Below are positions 1 to 7,363 of a DNA stretch of 23,803 nucleotides, in pieces. A program made the translations under genes and the position numbers. How positions within the stretch are numbered: position 1 is the stretch's first letter; the number at the start of each line of letters is the position of its first letter. The notes beneath the pieces are model-generated. The model had not been told where the DNA came from. It saw only the letters and a program-made list of their open reading frames with translations, and made no database searches. Origin of the DNA: Myxococcota bacterium (GTDB lineage: Bacteria; Myxococcota_A; UBA9042; PHBI01; JAWLBL01); the NCBI GenBank assembly GCA_041687695.1, contig JAWLBL010000051.1:1-23803 (forward strand), in the 5' to 3' direction.

Positions 1-2
1 CG

Positions 3-395
3 ACGCGCGCTCCATGCTTCACCTCCCGGCCAAGTCCAACGGCGGCGAGCATCGTCGGAGCCGCGCCCGAGGTCAGGACGGGGCGGGGCGAGGAGTTACT
101 CTGCATCGACTCGCATCGGCCGAGCCCCAATCCCGCGACGCCCTTCAAGCTGGCCGGCGACCGGCTGCCGCCGGAGCTGCGCAAGGAGATCGAGGTCGGC
201 ACCCAGGAGATCCTGAGGGCCGAGAAGGCGCCGAGCGCCAAGGCCGCCAAGGGCTCGGTGCAGTCGCACGTGTGGAAGACGCGCGACAAGAAGTGGATCG
301 CCCTCGAGGGCGAGCGCAAGGACGAGAAGGGCTCGGCGAACGAGCGTCTGCAGCAGCTGCGCGAGCTACCGGTGCAGCAGCGCATCACCTATTGA
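3..395 (+). CDS. Probable 3' end of a hypothetical protein (5'-partial, open from window start)
   Basis: Frame 3 is open from base 3 to TGA at 393-395. From ~141 it has typical G/C third positions (FKLAGDRLPPELRKEIEVG...WKTRDKKWIALEGERK...RITY*). A GC hairpin follows the stop. The first ~140 nt look less coding-like. Not in the ORF track. Confidence 0.45.
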   Translation, partial: TRAPCFTSRPSPTAASIVGAAPEVRTGRGEELLCIDSHRPSPNPATPFKLAGDRLPPELRKEIEVGTQEILRAEKAPSAKAAKGSVQSHVWKTRDKKWIALEGERKDEKGSANERLQQLRELPVQQRITY

Positions 396-402
396 AGGTC
401 GC

Positions 403-425
403 GCCGGGGCCGCGGTGGCCCCGGC
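403..425 (+). terminator. GC-rich hairpin after the stop at 395 (possible terminator or stabilising stem, no U-tract)
   Basis: GCCGGGGCC (403-411) pairs with GGCCCCGGC (417-425). Confidence 0.35.
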
Positions 426-477
426 CGGCTCGCAGTGTCGTGACCCCGCTCAGCGAGGTCCGTGTCCGGGAGACGAG

Positions 478-1209
478 ATGAGGACGATGACGATGACGAT
501 GACGATGGCGGCGCTGCTCCTGTGCGTGACGGCTTCGGCCGCGGCGGCGCCGGCCGCCCCGCAGCGGTGCGAGGTGCTCGAGCCGGGCGTGCGGCTGGGC
601 GAGCGCCTGTCGATCGGGACGGTCCTCCGGGAGGCCAGCGCGGTCGAGGCCGATCCCCTGCCGGGCTGGGTGCGGCCGAAGGATCCCGCCAACCAGGGCG
701 TGCGGCTGCGTCTGGACGCGGCGCAGCGTGTCGTCGAGCTCGAGGCGCCGCTGCCTCCCTGCGTGACCCTGGGCGGCCGGGCGATCCAGGCCTCCAGCAT
801 CTACGAGCTGGCGGCGGCGCTCGGCACCTGCGGCCCCGAGCAGGTCAACGAGGGCGGCAACGTCATCCGGTGCGCCGGTGTGACCCTGACCCACAGCCGC
901 TCGGGCTCGACGATCCGCCTGAGCGAGGCGCCCCCGACCTGCGACGTGTACGTGCGGGGCGCCAAGTGGTTCGACGGGGCGGGGAGCCACGACCTGAAGG
1001 CCCGCCCGCTGGAGCTGGGCCAACGGCGGGTGTGCACGCCCAACGTGGCCGCGCCGCTGACGGCCCGCACGACCCTGGCCGCCTTCGAGGCCGCCTACCC
1101 CTCGTGTCACAAGGAGGCGCGGCGCGGCGCGACCCTGCTGACCTGCGGTGAGCTGACCTTCACCTTCGCCGGCCCCACGCTGCAGCTGGCGCAGGTCTCG
1201 GCCCGTTGA
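478..1209 (+). CDS. Secreted hypothetical protein (243 aa) with an internally duplicated Cys-containing domain
   Basis: GGGAG at 468-472 precedes ATG 478. Signal peptide ..AALLLCVTASAAA. Strong GC3 bias. Two similar halves (C..ELAAALGTC..GGNVIRC.GVTL and C..AFEAAYPSC..GATLLTC.ELTF). Confidence 0.75.
   Translation: MRTMTMTMTMAALLLCVTASAAAAPAAPQRCEVLEPGVRLGERLSIGTVLREASAVEADPLPGWVRPKDPANQGVRLRLDAAQRVVELEAPLPPCVTLGGRAIQASSIYELAAALGTCGPEQVNEGGNVIRCAGVTLTHSRSGSTIRLSEAPPTCDVYVRGAKWFDGAGSHDLKARPLELGQRRVCTPNVAAPLTARTTLAAFEAAYPSCHKEARRGATLLTCGELTFTFAGPTLQLAQVSAR
483..506 (+). repeat. (GACGAT)x4 microsatellite encoding TM-TM-TM-TM
   Basis: Four perfect hexamers immediately after the start codon. Confidence 0.9.
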
Positions 1210-1245
1210 GCGGGCGCGGCGCCCGGGCTCGCCGGCCGGACCGGC

Positions 1246-1866
1246 TCAGCGGGCCTGGGCGTCCTCGGCGGCGTCCTCTTCCTTGAGGCGGATGCGGCCC
1301 TTCTTGTCGGGGTAGCGGGCCTGGATGGGGCCGTAGAAGGCGCGGAACTGGTCCATGTCGGCCCGGACGTCGCCCGACGGGGTCAGGGCGGGGCCGAAGC
1401 CGCCGCGCTTGCGGCCGTAGTCCAGGTAGCCCATCACGATGGGCACGTTGGCGGCCTTGGCGATGTGGTAGAAGCCGCTCTTCCAGTAGTCGGTGTGGCC
1501 GCGGGTGCCCTCGGGGGGGACGGCCAGGACCATCGCGTCCCGCTGGGCGAAGAGGTCGGCCATCTGGTCGACCATGTTGCGGCGCTCGCTGCGGAAGACC
1601 GGGATGCCGCCCGCGGCCGAGAGCACGGCGCCGCCGGGGCCCTTGAACAGGGTGTGCTTGCCCATCCAGGACACGCGCACGCCGGCCACCGAGGCGAGGG
1701 CCAGCATCAGCGTGAGGTCGTAGTTGCTGGTGTGGGGCGCCGCGATGAGGACGTACTTCTTCAGGCCCGCCGGAGGGAGCCCTTCGAGGTGCCAGCCGAC
1801 CGCGGCGAGCGAGGCGTGGCCGAAGAGGACGGGGAGGGTCTGGACGACGGAGTCGAGGGCGCGCAT
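1246..1866 (-). CDS. Lysophospholipid / 1-acyl-glycerol-3-phosphate acyltransferase family protein (PlsC-like, 206 aa)
   Basis: HxxxxD motif (PHTSNYD), GGIPVxR, PEGTR, WKSGFYHIA..A.VPI..GYLDY. Start placed at MRALD (1866); the upstream in-frame extension is low-complexity promoter sequence. Confidence 0.9.
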   Translation of the reverse strand: MRALDSVVQTLPVLFGHASLAAVGWHLEGLPPAGLKKYVLIAAPHTSNYDLTLMLALASVAGVRVSWMGKHTLFKGPGGAVLSAAGGIPVFRSERRNMVDQMADLFAQRDAMVLAVPPEGTRGHTDYWKSGFYHIAKAANVPIVMGYLDYGRKRGGFGPALTPSGDVRADMDQFRAFYGPIQARYPDKKGRIRLKEEDAAEDAQAR

Positions 1867-1969
1867 CGGGGAGGATGAGACGGTCAATGGGCCCGATGGG
1901 CAAGCGTTCATCCGGGGTTTTGCCGTTCTTTGACAAATGGGGCGGGGCGGCGTCGGCGCGGCCGGAGAA

Positions 1970-2033
1970 ATCACGGGCGCGACACGGGCGTGTCACGCGG
2001 CATCACGAACGCGTCATGGAGGACCCGTACAAA
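1970..2033 (+). promoter_or_regulatory. Pho-box-like direct-repeat array plus -10-like hexamer upstream of the TonB operon
   Basis: ATCAC 1970, GACAC 1981, GTCAC 1992, ATCAC 2002, GTCAT 2013 (spacings 11,11,10,11). TACAAA at 2028-2033 lies exactly 10 nt after the last half-site. Confidence 0.65.
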
Positions 2034-2078
2034 GCGCGGCAACAACGGCGGGGGGCTCGTGCCCTCGAGGAGCTGAGG

Positions 2079-3464
2079 ATGAGCGCGCTCTTGAAGAAGC
2101 TTGGTGCGGTGGCGGTGGCCGGCGGGTTGATGCTCGGCTGCGACGGCGACGAGGGGAGCTCGAACCCGGGCAAGACCGACGGGGACCTCCCCTCGCAGGT
2201 CACATGCGAGGGCGACGTCTGCCGCGTGCAAGCGCCGCCGACGGACCCCATCACGAAGAGCTTCACCATGACGGCCGACAAGAAGTGGCTGCTGCAGGGT
2301 GGCGTCTTCGTGGGCGACGACGTCAACGAGACGGTGCTGACCCTCGAGCCGGGCACGACCGTGTTCGGCGAGACCTCGAGCAAGGCGTTCCTGACCATCC
2401 GACGGGGCTCGAAGATCGTGGCCGACGGCACCAAGGACGCGCCGATCGTCCTCACCTCGTCCAAGGAGGTCGGGTCTCGGCAGCGCGGGGACTGGGGCGG
2501 CCTCGTCATCAACGGCCGCGCGCCGGTCAACGGCTGCGACACGGCGCCGTGCGAGAGCGAGGGCGAGGGCGGCACCGGCGTGTACGGCGGCGACCAGCCG
2601 GGCGACGACAGCGGCGTCCTGCGCTACGTGCGCGTCGAGTTCGCCGGCCACCCCCTCACCGAGGACAACGAGCTCAACGGCATCGCCTTCCAGGGCGTCG
2701 GCAACGGGACCACCATCGAGTACGTCCAGGTCCACATGGCCGACGACGACGGCATCGAGTTCTTCGGCGGCACGGCCAACTTCAAGTACGTCCTGACGAC
2801 CGGCATCGCGGACGACAACCTGGACTGGACCGACGGCTGGGTCGGCAAGGGGCAGTTCTTCGTCGCGCAGCAGTACGCCGACGCCGGCGACAACGGCATC
2901 GAGGCCGACAACAACGGCGACCGCAACGACGCGCTGCCGCGGGCCATGCCGATGCTGAGCAACCTGACGTTCATCGGTTCGCCCGACGCCAGCAGCTCCG
3001 ACATGGGCATCCTGCTCCGCGAGGGCACCGGCGCCCACATCCACAACTCGGTCATCGTCGGCTGGAACGACGCCTGCTTCGACATCGACAACGCGGCGAC
3101 CTTCGCCGTCGCGATGTCCGGCGGGACGCCCACCGGGGATCTGGTCATCGAGAACTCCATCTTCTCGTGCGCGACCAACTTCAAGGAGAACAACGAGAAG
3201 GACGTCGACGGACAGACCGTGGAGGACCCCTGGTCGGTCGTCGAGTTCGTCACGACCCACATGACGGGCAACCGCACGGTCGACCCGCTGCTGCGCGCCC
3301 CCTACGCGCAGGAGACGCGCGACTTCCGTCCCGCCGACGGCTCGCCCGCGGCGACGGGCGGCGTGGTGCCGAGCGACCCCTTCTTCACGCAGGTCGACTT
3401 CGTCGGCGGCGTCGACCCGGCCAACGACTGGACCGCCGGGTGGACCACGTCGGCGCTGAAGTAG
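2079..3464 (+). CDS. Extracellular lipoprotein, probable right-handed beta-helix; TBDR-associated family resembling Caulobacter ElpS (461 aa)
   Basis: GAGGAG RBS at 2067-2072. Lipobox LMLG-C. Family motifs GDWGGLVINGRAP, DDSGVLRYVRVEFAG, NELNGIAFQGVG.GT.IEYVQ, DDGIEFFGG, DNGIEADN and C-terminal DWTAGWT. The ElpS link is from memory of the family and unverified. Confidence 0.8.
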   Translation: MSALLKKLGAVAVAGGLMLGCDGDEGSSNPGKTDGDLPSQVTCEGDVCRVQAPPTDPITKSFTMTADKKWLLQGGVFVGDDVNETVLTLEPGTTVFGETSSKAFLTIRRGSKIVADGTKDAPIVLTSSKEVGSRQRGDWGGLVINGRAPVNGCDTAPCESEGEGGTGVYGGDQPGDDSGVLRYVRVEFAGHPLTEDNELNGIAFQGVGNGTTIEYVQVHMADDDGIEFFGGTANFKYVLTTGIADDNLDWTDGWVGKGQFFVAQQYADAGDNGIEADNNGDRNDALPRAMPMLSNLTFIGSPDASSSDMGILLREGTGAHIHNSVIVGWNDACFDIDNAATFAVAMSGGTPTGDLVIENSIFSCATNFKENNEKDVDGQTVEDPWSVVEFVTTHMTGNRTVDPLLRAPYAQETRDFRPADGSPAATGGVVPSDPFFTQVDFVGGVDPANDWTAGWTTSALK

Positions 3465-3479
3465 TCGGAGGGCGCGGCG

Positions 3480-4295
3480 ATGATGGGGCGACACGGGCGG
3501 CGGACGTGGGTGCTGGCGGCGGCCATGGTCGCCGCCTGGGTCGCTCCGGCGGCGGCGAACGGTGACGCGGGCGAGCTGGCGCGCGAGCTGGCGAAGCTGC
3601 GCGCGGACGTGGAGCGGCTGTCGGGCGACATCGAGCGCCACAAGGACGAGTCGCGGGCCAGGCTGCGCACGCTGACGGCGCAGCGGGCGGATCTCGAGCT
3701 GGAGCTGCAGCGCGAGACGCTGCGGGTCGAGCACGTGACGGCGGCCATCGGCAAGGAGCGGGCGCGCATCCAGGCGGCGGCCGAGGCGCAGGCGGCCCTG
3801 GTGCCGGTGGCGCGCGAGCTGGTGGCCGGGCTGCGGCGCTGGGTGGAGGCCGCGATGCCGTACCGCAAGGCCGAGCGGCTGGAGGCGGCGGACGCCCTGG
3901 CCGGCAAGCTGGAGCGGGGCGAGCTGAAGCCGGCGCAGGTCGTCGCGCGCTGGTGGGAGGCCGTGGAGGACGAGCTGCGGATCGCGCGCGAGAGCGCCCT
4001 GGACCGGCAGGTCGTGACCCTGGACGGGCCGAGCGGTCCGGAAGAGCGGCTGGTGGACGTGCTGCACCTGGGCATGGTCGGGATGGTGTTCCGCGCGCCC
4101 GGTGACGACCCGCGCCACGACCGCTACGGGCGCCTCGTGCGGCAGGGCGCCGGCTGGGGGTGGGAGACGTTCGAGGGCGAGGCCGACCGCCAGCAGGTGG
4201 CGGCGCTGTTCGACGCCTTCGACAAGCGCATCCGCGTCGGCTTCTTCGAACTGCCGAACGTGCTGCTGGCGCCCGCGACGGAGGCGACCCGATGA
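3480..4295 (+). CDS. DUF3450-family periplasmic coiled-coil protein (TtpB-like)
   Basis: GGAGG RBS, signal peptide, long coiled coil, then P...ER, E.R, VLHLG.VG..F and a C-terminal LP. Positioned directly before a long ExbB, as in Ttp operons. Confidence 0.8.
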   Translation: MMGRHGRRTWVLAAAMVAAWVAPAAANGDAGELARELAKLRADVERLSGDIERHKDESRARLRTLTAQRADLELELQRETLRVEHVTAAIGKERARIQAAAEAQAALVPVARELVAGLRRWVEAAMPYRKAERLEAADALAGKLERGELKPAQVVARWWEAVEDELRIARESALDRQVVTLDGPSGPEERLVDVLHLGMVGMVFRAPGDDPRHDRYGRLVRQGAGWGWETFEGEADRQQVAALFDAFDKRIRVGFFELPNVLLAPATEATR

Positions 4296-5758
4296 AGACG
4301 CGCGTGTTGATGGCGCTGGCGCTCATGGCGGCGGTCGGGAGCGCCCGCGCGGCCGAGGGCGAGGCCCCGGCGGCCGACGTCCTGGGCGCCTACAAGAAGG
4401 AGTACGCCTTCCTCGAGGCGGAGAAGAAGGCGCTCGAGGGGCGGCTGCGGCAGCTCGAGGCGCAGAGCCGGCGCGAGGTCGGCGCGGCCGAGGCCGGGCT
4501 GAAGGCGCTGCAGGCGCGCATCGTGGCGCAGCGCGCCGAGGCCGACCGCCTGGACGAGGAGCTGCGGGCGCTGGACAAGGACGCGTCGCGCGGCGACGAG
4601 CGCGAAGATCTGCTGACCGAGACCATCGTGCGCGCCGAGGACGCGCTGGTCGCCGCCGGCCTGACCCCGAGCGCGGTCCCCGAGGGCGCCGAGGTGAAGC
4701 CGGAGGCGCGGCTGCGGGAGCTGGCGGCCCTGGCGGACCGGCTGCTGGCGGCCGGGGCGCGCGTGGCGGTCGAGGAGGGCGCCTTCTTCCTGGCCGACGG
4801 CCGGCAGACGGAGGGGCGCATCGTGCGGGTCGGGCGCGTCGCGGCGTACGGCCTCGCTGGGGACGCGGCGGGCGCGCTGGCGCCGGCCGGCGAGGGGCGC
4901 CTGAAGCTGTGGGACCGGGACGCGGCGGCGACCGCGAGGGCGCTGGCCGCCGGACAGGCGCCGCAGACGCTGGCCGTGTTCGTCTACGACGACCCGGGCA
5001 AGCGCATCGAGCCCAAGCACGAGCGGGGCGTGGTCGAGACCATCGAGGCGGGCGGCGTCATCGCGTGGGTCATCGTGGGGCTGGGCGCCGTGGCGCTGGT
5101 GCTGGTCCTGCTGCGCCTGATGACGCTGGTCCTGACGGGCGCGGGCGGCCGCCGGCTGTCGACGCGCGTCGCCGAGCTGGTCGCGACCGGCCGGCTCGAC
5201 GAGGCGCTGGCGCTGGCCCGGCGGGCGCGCGGCGCGATGGCGCGCGTGCTGCGCGTCACCGTCGGCAACCTGGACCGCGAGCGGGCGGCGCTCGAGGACC
5301 TCACGAGCGAGGCGCTGCTGGCCGAGGCGCCGCGCCTGGACCGCTTCGGGGCCGCCATCACCGTCTCGGCCGCCGTGGCCCCCCTGCTGGGTCTGCTCGG
5401 GACGGTGACCGGCATGATCGCCACCTTCGACATCATCACCGAGCACGGCACGGGCGACCCGAAGCTGCTGTCGGGCGGCATCTCCGAGGCGCTCATCACG
5501 ACCGAGCTGGGGCTGGTGGTCGCCATCCCGACCCTGCTGCTCGGGACCCTGCTGTCGGCCCGCGCGGCGGCGCTCTCGGCCGCCATGGAGCGGTCGGCGC
5601 TGCGCGTGCTCAACGCCGCCGAGACGGCGGGACTGCGCCCCGCGGAGCTGCCCGAGGTCGCCGACGACCGACTCAACACCGTCACCACGGAGGATCCGAC
5701 GTGCTCGAGCACGCCCTCGCCGACCTCGGCGATACGATCGCGCGCGGCGGCTTCGTGA
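4292..5758 (+). CDS. ttpC: TtpC-like long MotA/TolQ/ExbB proton-channel protein with N-terminal periplasmic domain (488 aa)
   Basis: ATGA overlap with the previous gene. Signal peptide, coiled coil, RVG and DP motifs, GG.IAW TM1, APLLGLLGTVTGMIATF, TGDPKLLSGGISEALITTELGL. Confidence 0.88.
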   Translation: MKTRVLMALALMAAVGSARAAEGEAPAADVLGAYKKEYAFLEAEKKALEGRLRQLEAQSRREVGAAEAGLKALQARIVAQRAEADRLDEELRALDKDASRGDEREDLLTETIVRAEDALVAAGLTPSAVPEGAEVKPEARLRELAALADRLLAAGARVAVEEGAFFLADGRQTEGRIVRVGRVAAYGLAGDAAGALAPAGEGRLKLWDRDAAATARALAAGQAPQTLAVFVYDDPGKRIEPKHERGVVETIEAGGVIAWVIVGLGAVALVLVLLRLMTLVLTGAGGRRLSTRVAELVATGRLDEALALARRARGAMARVLRVTVGNLDRERAALEDLTSEALLAEAPRLDRFGAAITVSAAVAPLLGLLGTVTGMIATFDIITEHGTGDPKLLSGGISEALITTELGLVVAIPTLLLGTLLSARAAALSAAMERSALRVLNAAETAGLRPAELPEVADDRLNTVTTEDPTCSSTPSPTSAIRSRAAAS

Positions 5759-6306
5759 TGTGGCCCCTCGTGGGGTCCGCCGCCGTGCTCTGGTATGCCC
5801 TGGGTCATCGCCTGCTGCTGCTGCGCCGCGGCGCGATGGGCCCCATCCGGGCGCTGGTCGCCCGCGGGGCCGGCGTGCGGCCGCGCGGCGTCATCGGCGG
5901 CGCCGTTGCGCGCGCCCTGGCGGTCCGTGACCAGCTCGGCGGGCGCGCCCGCCACCTGCGCGGCCACCTGGACGTGGCCCTCGGCGAGTACGAGGACCAG
6001 CTGGGCCGCCTGCGCGCGCTGGTCAGGGCCATCGTCGCCGTCGCGCCGCTGACGGGCCTGCTGGGCACGGTCATCGGCATGATGGAGACCTTCGACGCGC
6101 TGGGCGACATGGCGCTGTTCACGCAGTCCGGCGGCATCGCGGGCGGCATCTCGCAGGCGCTGCTGACGACCCAGATGGGGCTGGCGGTGGCCATCCCGGG
6201 GCTGGTCGTCGGCAAGCTGCTCGACCGCCGGCAGCAGCGCCTCGAGGGCGAGCTGGCCGAGCTCAAGGACGTGGTGTGCAGCCTCGACGCGGAGGCGGCC
6301 GCATGA
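5701..6306 (+). CDS. exbB: MotA/TolQ/ExbB proton-channel protein, short form (201 aa; alternative start ATG 5758)
   Basis: GGAGGA at 5689-5694 precedes GTG 5701. Motifs GGFVMWPL, APLTGLLGTVIGMMETF, AGGISQALLTTQMGL.VAIPG. Confidence 0.9.
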   Translation: MLEHALADLGDTIARGGFVMWPLVGSAAVLWYALGHRLLLLRRGAMGPIRALVARGAGVRPRGVIGGAVARALAVRDQLGGRARHLRGHLDVALGEYEDQLGRLRALVRAIVAVAPLTGLLGTVIGMMETFDALGDMALFTQSGGIAGGISQALLTTQMGLAVAIPGLVVGKLLDRRQQRLEGELAELKDVVCSLDAEAAA

Positions 6307-6713
6307 GCCTGCGACGAGGTCCGAAGAGGGACGTGGCCGCCGAGATCGACATCTCGCCGCTCATCGACATGGTCTTCATCCTGCTCATCTTCTTCATGGT
6401 CTCGACCACCTTCGTCAAGGACATGAAGCTGGATCTCGAGCGGCCGAGCGCGGCCTCGGCGCAGCGGGCGTCCACCAAGAGCGTCCGGGTGTACGTCGAC
6501 CGCGCGGGCGCCATCTACCTGGACGAGGTGCCGGTCAAGCCGTGGATGCTGCAGAGCCGCGTCCGCGAGCTGTTGGGCGCCGGCGCGTCCAAGTCGGTGC
6601 TGGTCGTGGTCGACCGGCAGGTGCCGGCGGACAAGCTCATCGAGGTGGTCGACCAGGTGAAGCTGGGCGGGGCCACCGAGGTCGGCGTCGCCACCGAGGC
6701 GGAGGCCGGGTGA
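6303..6713 (+). CDS. exbD: Biopolymer transport protein ExbD/TolR (136 aa)
   Basis: ATGA overlap. IDISPLIDMVFILLIFFMVST carries the conserved transmembrane Asp. C-terminal D..V....LIEVVD..KLGG. Confidence 0.95.
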   Translation: MSLRRGPKRDVAAEIDISPLIDMVFILLIFFMVSTTFVKDMKLDLERPSAASAQRASTKSVRVYVDRAGAIYLDEVPVKPWMLQSRVRELLGAGASKSVLVVVDRQVPADKLIEVVDQVKLGGATEVGVATEAEAG

Positions 6714-7363
6714 GCGCCGTCCTGACGGCCGTCGGACGTCACGCGTTCGCGCTGCTGGTCGCCGCAGGCGGCTGCGCCGGCGTGTTCGGGCTGCTCCTCG
6801 CCATGAACGCCGACGCGCCGCCGCCGCCCCGGCCCGAGGCCGACCGGCAGGCCGTCTTCGACGTCTCGCGCCCCGAGCGGCCCAAGCCCAAGCCCAAGCG
6901 GCGCGAGCCGCCGCCCCGGCCCAAGCAGGCGCGCAACGACTCGGCCGCGCCGCCGCCGAACCTCGGCGCCAGCCTCTCGGGCGTGGATCTGGGCATCCCG
7001 GGCATGGCCATGGGCAGCCTGAACCTGTCGACGGCCGCGGCCGCCGGCTCGGACCGCGCCGCCCGCGACATGGTCATGACCGAGGGCGCGGTCGACGTGC
7101 CGGCCCGCCCGGTGCACAAGGTCGCCCCGCGCTTCCCGCCTCGCGCGCAGGCCCAGAACCTCGAGGGCCTCGTCAAGCTCGAGCTGCTCATCGGCACCAG
7201 CGGCGAGGTCGTGCGCGCCCGCGTCCTCGAGGCGAAGCCGCCCGGGGTCTTCGACGAGGCCGCCCTCGACGCCGCGCGCCAGTGGCGCTTCGAGCCCGCC
7301 ATGTACCAAGGGCAGCCGGTCAAGCAGACCCGCCAGCTCCCCATGCGCTTCAGGTTGAACTGA
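6710..7363 (+). CDS. tonB: Energy transducer TonB (short, TonB2-like, 217 aa)
   Basis: GTGA overlap. N-terminal TM, Pro/Lys-rich linker (PKPKPK, PPPRP), C-terminal domain PRFP.RA....EG.V......G.V...RVLEA.P.GVFD.AA..A..QWRFEPA...G.PV. Confidence 0.93.
   Translation: MSAVLTAVGRHAFALLVAAGGCAGVFGLLLAMNADAPPPPRPEADRQAVFDVSRPERPKPKPKRREPPPRPKQARNDSAAPPPNLGASLSGVDLGIPGMAMGSLNLSTAAAAGSDRAARDMVMTEGAVDVPARPVHKVAPRFPPRAQAQNLEGLVKLELLIGTSGEVVRARVLEAKPPGVFDEAALDAARQWRFEPAMYQGQPVKQTRQLPMRFRLN

Noticed and set aside
14..481. 155-aa ORF in the track
   Set aside because: Arg/Gly/Ala-rich off-frame translation. Frame 3 (3-395) has the better codon pattern and a hairpin after its stop.
1930..1935. Perfect TTGACA -35 hexamer
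   Set aside because: No -10-like hexamer 16-18 nt downstream (GC-rich sequence), so it cannot be called a promoter.
1875..2078. N-terminal extension of the lipoprotein (starts at 1875 or 2016)
   Set aside because: The RBS and lipoprotein signal peptide fit ATG 2079; the extension covers the putative promoter.
4102..6306. 734-aa ORF as a large ExbB fusion
   Set aside because: Only the last ~200 codons are ExbB-like; the rest is an off-frame shadow of ttpC.
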